Origin: Trichoplax adhaerens
Taxonomy: Eukaryota > Animalia > Placozoa
Reading direction: 5' to 3'
Length of the DNA: 64,000 bases
NCBI RefSeq assembly: GCF_000150275.1
Contig: NW_002060944.1
Location: 251,614 to 315,613, forward strand
The notes below the pieces were generated by a model. That model did no database searches. It saw nothing but the letters and a program-made list of their open reading frames with translations, and was not told where the DNA came from. Of this stretch, positions 54,301 to 64,000 are shown piece after piece. A program made the position numbers and the translations under genes. Position 1 is the first letter of the stretch. Each line of letters starts with the position of its first letter.

Positions 54301-57300
54301 CGTTACTGCAGTACAATGTTAACGATTATAATTAATCATCAGTAGTTGTGCACACATATATATATATGTATTACTATAATTTAGATATTTCTGCTTTAAA
54401 CGACAGTATAGTAAGGTAGACCTTTTATTTCTTTGACTTTGAGTAGCAATAACAATTGCATCTAGAAAGAATTACGAAATCGTTGTTATACTACCTTCTT
54501 CATACGATCATCATCTCATAAAATGGATAATTTCATATACTCCAAATTAAAATCAGTACAGTAGTAAGTAATGTAGTGTAAGATATAACCAAAAATTAAA
54601 GCAAGAATTCAATTTGTTCAATTTTTAATGTAAAACTTTTGTTTATTTACCAAGAATGAGGACATGCTAGCAGTTAACCCATTTGTATTATTATTATTAC
54701 ATCATCGTGTTACAGCGTGTATATATACATACATACGTATAAGTACACTTGAAAATCCAATTATTTTATTACCCTCTTACTGGAATCAATCATCGAAGAC
54801 GGAAATCCTAATTACGTTCATTTCGATAAAATTAAATAGTGGGTCTTGGATACAATCATTTGAATTGCACAGCCCTTCTATATATCTTGCACAAATTATA
54901 CGTTATCAGCCGCTCAAGTTACTATTCTTTGAACTTCAGTAGACTGCTATTATACTTAGCTTGAATTAAACTATTTCAATAACTCTCTCTGTAAGATCAC
55001 TATCCAAAGTTTCTATTTTTAACTGAAACTATAATTTTCCTATACTCATTTCGCTCACTGTAAAATTATACATGTACAGTGCAGCGTAAAAACTGATACG
55101 CTACTCTAATAGAATGGCATCATTAAACAATATATTTGATTTGTACAATCATCTACTTTAGCAAGGCAATTTTGCAGCGAGAACGACAATGCTAATATAG
55201 AGTATGGTAATTTTATTGAAAATTTTGCAATAGTTGTAAACAAATGACGTCACTTTAGAAACAGGCCATCGAATGATTGCGTGTGGCATCGAATCAAATA
55301 ATCCTACACGAATATATAGAATATTATGTATTCCAAAATGATTTATCAACTCTTCTGTGATAATTGACAAAATGACTCTTTTAAAATAATTGGCTGCGGA
55401 ATAATCGGTTAAGATTGTTCTGTAGACAAACTCTAGGTTCTATGAAAGCTTAGTAGACGCTTTCATAAGCTTTCAATTTCATCCACTGCCTTTTAAAAAT
55501 ATCATTCTTACTGAATACTTGTATCGCCACTCCATTGTTCCATATCGGAGACTGAAACGTTTGTTTATAGTGCATCCTATCTCATACTGCTCTAATGAAC
55601 GATGTCTACCATATATTTTAAAGGCATTATAACGTCAAGAAGTAAGTTGTATTTGAGATGCGGTACTAGTTTTAGAATTGAACGTTGTTAAAACTGTAGG
55701 CTAACAACTACAATGACATGAAAGTCATGTTGATCGTTTATATTTCTATTTTCACGGAATTAAAGAAATTTTATTCGGATAATCATTCCATGAGGAATAG
55801 TAATTTTATTTGTATATTTAGAAGGCAACGTCTTCTTGAAATGTAATTAGCATAATCATCATTAGAGGTTATAATATAAGCGGTATGAACTTCTTGAAAA
55901 AGGTCTTCCATTTAAATTGAAAATTGATTGCCATACAGCGGAAACAGCTCCTTTTACACTGTCAAAACTGCAGAAATATCATAAGGAATGTTTTATGCTA
56001 TACAGAACCACATCTAGTAAAGTGCATAAATAGTTTAGTACATAGTACAGCAGCAACGATGTCTTAAACATCTTTCATAACAAGAAAAGAGAATAGATAG
56101 CGGGTAATAGGTCAGATGAAACAATGAAGGGCGTAGTACTGTTGTTCTATTCTCAATCTCTTTTATGTCTAGAACTTACACATAATAGCTCAAAGGTTAA
56201 AGGTCCAGTCGCTTATTCGCTACTACGGAATAGAATGCTGCATTATACTGTAGGTAGGATATCTCATATACTTTCCTGTCGAAAATAGCGTCATAATCAC
56301 TGCATAAACATTATTGGCTACAGTTTGTACGCTACTTTTTATTTAGAAACAAACTTGCCTAGCCTTTAATAAGAACCCCGTAAAATCATGACCTACTGTA
56401 TTCATCACGTGATGGTGGTTTAAAAGTATAAATTGAGCTGATCAAGGCATTTTATTCGCATATGTCTACATTCCATGTATACGGAGGTCCATTCGTATTT
56501 TAGTGACCGGTCCGCTTAGCAAATTTTAAATGTCAGCAATTCGAGGAAAAAGAACTTGTTACACAACAAATCGGAAGAGTTTTCCTTACCGGTAAGTTCA
56601 ACTTTATGAATCAGACTTGTAAGTGCATAGCAAGTAGTTAACGATATCTTATTTCTAAAGCACTCTAATATGAGACCATGAAATTGTAAACTATTTCATA
56701 TTCCGGAAGAAAAGCGCTCATAAGGGCATTCACACTTGCAATATTTTGATTTTCTTTTTAATGTTTTCCGTAAAAATAAATGCCCAAATTGATTATAAAG
56801 AAAATATGATAGGGTACTAAAAAAATCATCAATACAACCTTATTCATCAAAAAATAGAGGGAATAAGCGATAAAAAATATCGCACACGGCGATAATTAAA
56901 AATAGGAATTGATTTTTTTATCACTTGCAGGCAATTGATGTAGTGCTAATGTATTCCAATGTCACTTTTTATAGTAATCAGTCTGTTTTTCAAATAGCAA
57001 AACAGAACAAGCTTGACTCAGATCTGTTTTGTTTACTTGGGCTGCCGTAATTTCAAAGTCCAGTTTGAAATCCTTGCCACAGCCACATAACTACAACGTT
57101 CATTGTAATTCCAGTTTTCCTTATAGAGCACAATAGGCTAGCGAATACTTTATACATTTACGATACACTTTAAGGACGAAACAGATCGATATTGTTCTTC
57201 GAATTAAAAAAAATCAAAACAATTATTATAGTAACTAAGTGCAGTAATGTTTACGAGTCTTTTTTATACTGGTTTCTATAGCTAAACAATCCGTTCATGA

Positions 57301-58338
57301 AGTCCATTTTCGTAACATTGTTCAATACTCAATAATTAAGCTGCATCAATAATTATTGCTGCAAATTATGCATGGAATGCGTTACGAAGGAATTGTTAGG
57401 ATCACAAAAGTATTGTGGAAATATTTGGATTGTCAACGATCATCCTTCGATCGCATTATGCCCGATTGATTAAAGACATAATATACTTCAAATACAGAAT
57501 GCATCGTAGATTAATTCTAATAAAACCTGGAATAATAATTCGTCTGCGATTGGTTAGTGTGTTGACAATTCAATGGGGGTGTGGTAGATGCCCTGCTGAT
57601 AATTTTTTCAACGATAGTTCATCGAATTATGCCGATATGTTCCATCAGTTAGCAAGTGAATGAGTGAATTGATAATCAATTAGTCATTATCATCAACACG
57701 TTTGATTTAAGTAATTGCAATTATCATTATTCAGGCTATAAATAGTATAACTATATCAACTGTATTATAAAATATAGTATACTTTATAGTCGGACGGGAT
57801 AAAATAAACATGAATAAAGAACAAAGTTAATCTAATTAAACCATTTAATCAAGTTTTTTCTTGTCAAATTGTTATTAATACGATACGCCAGTATGAGTAA
57901 TAACAATTACCGAGCTCATACATGCTATAATTTTATTAAGTAGTTAACAAGCGTAGTTTATAAAAATATGCTAGCAGATGAGCGTTGATTTAATTTGAGT
58001 TATAAAAATTTCTCCAGCCATTTTAAAGTTGATTCTTGTTTCTTACCTCGAGAGATCACAAATGGTGAACTATACAATAATGGAAATAAATTTATAGAGG
58101 ATCAATAATAATGGTTTAATTGATAAACTTCCTATCATCCTATTGTAGGAGCTGATATCTACTAGTATCATTACTTTTATCAACGTTCAGAAGCATTTGA
58201 TTACAATCAACTTGATAGCAGAAATGGGAGACATTCGTATTTGTTTTCCTGAGAAGGTATTGCCAATGTTAAAGCTGTCTACTATTAAAATATGATAATT
58301 GGATTACCGTTTATGATATTAAAGTTTGGTATTGTTCC

Positions 58339-59025
58339 ATGTTTATACGACAGGTGAAACAGGTACAAATACAAATACTTGTGATTGGGGGTCCGCCTGA
58401 ACACAACGTAAACGCGGTTGGAATGAGCAAATTTCACAGGCAAATTATTCGCAGAAATAGAGATAACATCGTTACAAATATTTCTACGAGTATTGATAGT
58501 ATCATTGATGCTATGTTCAGCCAAGGCGTTATTACCTATGATCACAAGGTGCAACTTTATGGTAGCACCGTCCCAAATCCATACATGTAAGCATTCATTA
58601 GAAATTTGTTAAAATATTGAGTTTCTAACTGTATGGTTATTTTGTCGTATATTCTACTTCGCAACTAGCTTTACAGTGTAATCATTTAACAGCAATCAAA
58701 CCAAAGCATCCGCGTAGTATGTACGAGCAGTACGTAGCCCGTTTTTAAGACAGTACCTAGATACTACAAAAAAATAGCTACGCCTCATTTTATTTACTTT
58801 TTAAATATTTAAACTAGATCAACAAGTACGCGTATAATTAATTAAAATTTTTCTACATTTAACAGAAGGGTTCGAAATTTCCTGGACATTCTATGCGAAA
58901 GAGGTAGCAAAGCGTTTGAACAATTTTGCATCACTGTCCGTCGCTTTCATTCAGAATTGGCTGATGATCTAGAAAGGCAAGCTGGTCTATCCAGCTCAGC
59001 TGCCAATTTCAATTCCGGATCATAG
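58339..59025 (+). CDS. C-terminal CARD gene, last two exons (..58586, 58866-59025); upstream exons look frameshifted
   Basis: MSKFHRQIIRRNRDNIVTNI..IDSIIDAMFSQGVIT..|RVRNFLDILCERGSKAFEQFCITV, a CARD signature. The 3' flank is homologous to that of 19975. Confidence 0.78.
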
Positions 59026-62000
59026 AGTAAAGAAATTGTTTGGCACGGCAATGGTAGTTTATTAATGAGCATAAAATACATGACTATGTTCCATATTATT
59101 ATTGAGTTAATTTAATTAGACGTATCGTGTATGGAATGACATTCATGATGTGTGCATAGAACTAAATGAAGTAAACGCTCTAGAAATGTTATATGTATCA
59201 AGAGGTATTCCTTTGCTTAGCATTATTTAAATTGGCTTAAGCCTGAATTATTTTAAAAATCTGTCTGAACGAAATTCATTAAAAGAAAAAAAAAGAAAAA
59301 TCATTATTAGATTTCTAACCATCACGCTAGAAATGAACTTTGTAGTACTTATGACCTATGTGAAAGTGTTGTGTTACTATCAGTTGATGTTTTAACGATA
59401 GCAGCTTCATTGTAATACTTTTAAATTAATAGCTTAATTTAATGTCATACTGCTAATCTACTTCAGCAATCTGTATAGATTGCTGCTGACATTGCTGTGC
59501 TATCGCGATAAATTTTAGCGTTATTTAATATGTTGTAACGTGAATATGCAATCCATGATGTCGTGAATATCTACTTGCTTAAAAAGGAATAATTAAACAT
59601 GGTCATGTAAACATAATTGTCAAATTAAATTGATGCACCCATCGAGAAAGAAAATATTATGATCCGATAGTTATAAACAGGAATGGATACCTTTATCTAT
59701 AAATTCCTTGTTTTCATGAATCCAAATTCCTGTCCTAGTATAAATACATTTCTATTACGACGAAACAAACACCGTCTGATTAGAATTTACTTTCTACCAG
59801 AAATAACAAGTTTTGGACTTAGGTTGTGTACGTATGCTTCATTATAATGTTTATGTATTCAATATTTATTTATTATATAATGTTGTATAGAATATTTCAA
59901 ATTTTTATATCGAAAATTACTCGTACTATGTCAAAGTGTTTAACAATATCACTAAATTATTTATATATAAATTATTTGATAAAAATAACCTTTTTCGAAC
60001 TCGACTGTTTTCAAAACAATGAAAAGAAATTAAATTATATTCAATCTCATGCGTCTTTAGGATATTCCCATTCGTAATATTTATATATAGGATGCTTGAC
60101 GAAGAATTAGTAATTAATTGTGATACTTGAGGTATTAATTTATGCTGCAGATTATAACAGCAGCCAAAGAAAACTTTTACAATACCAATTTTCGCTTTCA
60201 GGGTATCGCCGTTAGCTCAGCAATCCATTCTAAGCTATAGTGCTCGTAATTTATCAATATTCATTTCCAAATCTGCTTTAAGCAAGGTTTCTATACTCTT
60301 TAGCAAATTATATTACTGTGGTTGCGAGTTACCATCCATTAATATTGGTGTTCTTGTGTCTGAAAACATGAGAAAAATAATATTAATCTTGCGATCTAAA
60401 AGAGCATTATGGATCAGTTTATAGGATGTTATTTATTTTCAGTTACTATTGTATATACATCTTATTATGGTCAATTTCACCTGAAATTTTAATAAAATAG
60501 AAATAATTGATTTTAAACTAGTGAACTAGAATAAAAGTAATGAATATCAAAGTGAAAACTCAAACTAGGTAGTCAACGAATTAGTTAAGGAATCATTTTT
60601 ACATCTAAGTATATAATAAAGGTGATATCTTTAGGTTTTCAACGCTTATGGGTCGAATGTTATAAGTTTCAGTTCAGATGTTGGAATTACAGCTTTGTCC
60701 CCTTATCCTTATAAAATATACTAGACTATCATTTAATCCAGGTTGCGCTAGACTAATTAAACAACGATCTTTAAAAGTTAGAATTTATTTAACTTTTAAA
60801 TGTATGGCATTAAAAAGCTTTGATTTCTTTGCATTGCATTAAGCATATTAAGAATATCTTCAAAGTTTGCATCTATCGTGATGTGGTTTAGCGCAAAATT
60901 GTAACCCCGGGTTTATCGTGTAAATTATTTACGTCTGTGCTAAGCCCTGGTATCAAGAAATCAAGATTGGCTAACAAAGTCAAAGTAAGTGTAATCATAA
61001 TCAATGGTTACAAGCACTATTTATTACTAACTTAACTATTTAGTCATGAACAAGAATAGAGATGTTAACTACCCATCAAAGTTCAACTATAATTATGCAT
61101 TCAAAACTGTATCCTCATAGCGATTGAAGATAATGTAAGAGGGTAATAACTGTATAATGGATATTTAGTATACTACCGATAATATACAGGTACCTAGTAA
61201 CTGTAGTTGCAAATGTCATGAGATAGTTTCGGCTATTGAATTCTATCGTATTCCTACATAGGTGGTAACTACTTTGCCTGATTTAGATTTTCGCCCTACA
61301 AATGTAATGATAAACTATCGCTGTTAACGTTAATTTACGGAAATTATTTAATTATGTTACCCAATCATTAGGTCAGCAGTCCCTAATTGATTCGATAATT
61401 GTTTTTAATTGTGCACCATTATCGAAGAAATAATTACTGCAATATTTTTAATTGTAAATTTAATTTAATTAATGATCGTGCAGGGGATTATCGTACTATA
61501 AGTTAATACTTGACAATTGCCAAAGCTTATTACAGATAATACTATAATACTACAGTTAATTTCACAAGCGACTTTATTGCAAATAAAGTTTTTGATAGAA
61601 TGAATTAATCAACAGAATGCATATTATCGACTGGTAATTTATTAATCTCTAATTACATAGTAGAAATAACGCCTTCGACGCTTGATATTTAATTAATCAA
61701 TTAATTAATTATTTACTGGCGCTATCTTTGCTTAATTTGAAAATAATTGTAATTATCAAGTAGTACACACATCACTCGTGATATCCGCATATCAGGCGAC
61801 ATACTGAAAGAGTACACAGACACAGACAAAATTATTTTAATACAAAGATTTCGCTTACATTTGAAAATTCGTAACTTTACTGCATGAGATAAAAAAAGTG
61901 AACACATAAACAATATCCATTTCCTAATAGAGCTGTTTTAAAAAAATGAACCAATTAATTATGCATATTACTGTAGAAATGCAAAAATTTCCAAAGCAAA

Positions 62001-62999
62001 TTGTGCTAGCTATTTTTGAACTATCCACAGGTATTATTAAGGCCGGCTATTTCAAATTTATGCTCTTATGCTAATACACAATTATATAAATTTTAGTGCA
62101 TTTGCTATGTTCCTCTAAATTAAATTTTTATGTCCACACTTGACACCACTCATAGAAACATGTAGATTATTAAAAACTCTGCAATTATTATTGCGCTGAT
62201 TAGAACACTAATCAATACAAAAGAAGTAATTATGAATAAAAAATGCATAATGTCAATAAATAAAGTGCAAGTTAGATATTGTTGGCACCGTTCCAACATG
62301 GCCGCGACTTCTTATATGAAGATAATGGATCATTTCGAATTAATCAAAGTCATTTAATGATTACTTAATGGCTATTTCTTGCTACATTTATGATTGAGTT
62401 AAAATTTTGCAATGATGACCTATCATTAAGCGTAATACGTATCGTATGAATGATCGAAAGCTAAAAGTCGATAATGTTGCATCCACTACGACCATAATGA
62501 TCAGTTAGTTTAAAACCTAACTGTCAATAATATGTGCGAGATTTCAGACTTATTAATATTCAAATCGTTGCAAGCAATCAATAAAGCGTCATTAATGTTG
62601 ATGAAGTCGGAATAGAATCTAGTTGATACTAATTTATAAAGTATTTAAGTATTGACTAATTTGTGAGCAAAGCAAGCTGCCTCTTTAACAAAAATGATAT
62701 TTATCGAAAACTTTGACATCATTGCATAACTGATGGTATACGTTTCCATTCGGGGCAAAGATTCTAACATAATTATTACATTTGAAGTTGGGGTTGAGTG
62801 AAATAAATGTTACATTCGAGATGTATATTAAGTAATGCGTTGCCAATTAATTAATTAGTACCTCAGTGGTTTCCGAGATTAACACTTTACTATCCATCGA
62901 ATTTACGTGATCATAAGTTTTATTCCAATAGAAAACCGAACTTCAAAGGCAACAGTAAATCAGCTATTGACTGTTTTAAATCTAGACTAAGGCTTACCA

Positions 63000-64000
63000 A
63001 TGACTACTTTTAAGCGCCCTCGCCTAGATGGCATGACATCGGCTTCTTCTCTAAGCTATGCTAAGGAATTGGACAAGTGCCTCTCAGGTATTTCATCCCC
63101 TATAGTAAAGCGTATGCAACTGCTGGTTTGCCACGATATTAGCACGAATGAAATATAGCTAGCTCACCTAAAAGGATTTTATTCCATTTCTACAGAAAAA
63201 CGCAAACCTAGATATACTTAATTAGGCTAATTCACGAATGATTTGACTTTACTTCAATTTTTTGTGATTATAATCATGTCAAATGAACAAATGATTGTCA
63301 ATGACATTGCATACTCGCATATGTTTTCGTAAAAACTAATACAAAATGCATAAAAGATTTAACTGAAATCGTTTGTCGACCTGATGAAAAGGTTTTTATA
63401 AAGGTATTACATGTAGTGATATTTATAAACTTATTCCATTGATGTATTGGCATGTAATTTAATTCTTCTGGTAGACTACTTGCAGCAGATATGGGAACGG
63501 ATTAATGCTTGCGACGAAACAATGAAAAATCACATTCTTCAATTAAGTATCTTTGAAAAAGGAATTCCTATTCCTCTTACTACGATAAGTACATTCTGGG
63601 AAATGTCTGAGGATCTGGTGAGATCTCAGTTAGAATTGATACAAAAAGAACGGCTGGCCTATGTTTACAGCAAAAATGGAAGGTAATATCGCCCTGCAAT
63701 TTTCCTCGCAGGTAGTACCAAACAGAATTTTTAAATTTGTTTGGACTGTGCTAAGTAACGTTGGAATTGCCTTCACGTTGAGAATGCGAGACGCAATTTC
63801 AAAAGACGTGCTTTAATAGAAAGGAAATCCTTAATGGATGATCGAATTTAATTTATTTTGATATCGTCTCTTAGTTTTTGAAATTATCATTTCAAGATTC
63901 ATGCCATAAAAGTGATTATCGTGAATCCTTTGATGGCTATGATGACATTTGCAATTACTAAAGATAGCAGTATCAGTTTACGAAACACCATAGAACGACG
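63000..64000 (+). CDS. Second Apaf-1-like gene, 5' exons (63000-63087, 63475-63682, then unresolved), starting near the winged-helix domain
   Basis: MTTFKRPRL..KCLS|DYLQQIWERI..LSIFEKGIPIPLTTISTFWEMSEDLVRSQLELI resembles the Apaf-1 WHD; YHFKIHAI at ~63885 is in the LHD position. The third-exon acceptor could not be phased. Confidence 0.6.

Overview
AT-rich eukaryotic (animal) genomic DNA with short GT-AG introns, assembly gaps and abundant (TACAG/TACTG)n arrays. The gene content and style suggest a placozoan such as Trichoplax; this is an inference. The window is a rapidly evolving death-fold locus. Two Apaf-1-like genes bracket it (1-7485 and 63000-end), and both appear to lack the P-loop nucleotide-binding domain. 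Between them lie an intronless bacterial-type ACT/CASTOR-like gene, an intronless GT10 fucosyltransferase, and a tandem/inverted array of CARD genes and pseudogenes, including a small CARD-only gene with an N-myristoylation motif. In the middle of the array is a near-complete, circularly permuted endogenous CRESS-DNA (ssDNA) virus at ~41856-44155. It has an intact Rep, a mutated origin stem-loop, 4 x 53-bp repeats, a captured host segment and a capsid gene split into two halves from apparently different strains. Paralog comparisons also show repeated 5-bp TA-CAG-TA / TA-CTG-TA insertions that match Tc1/mariner excision footprints and may explain the pentamer arrays. All exon models were derived by eye.
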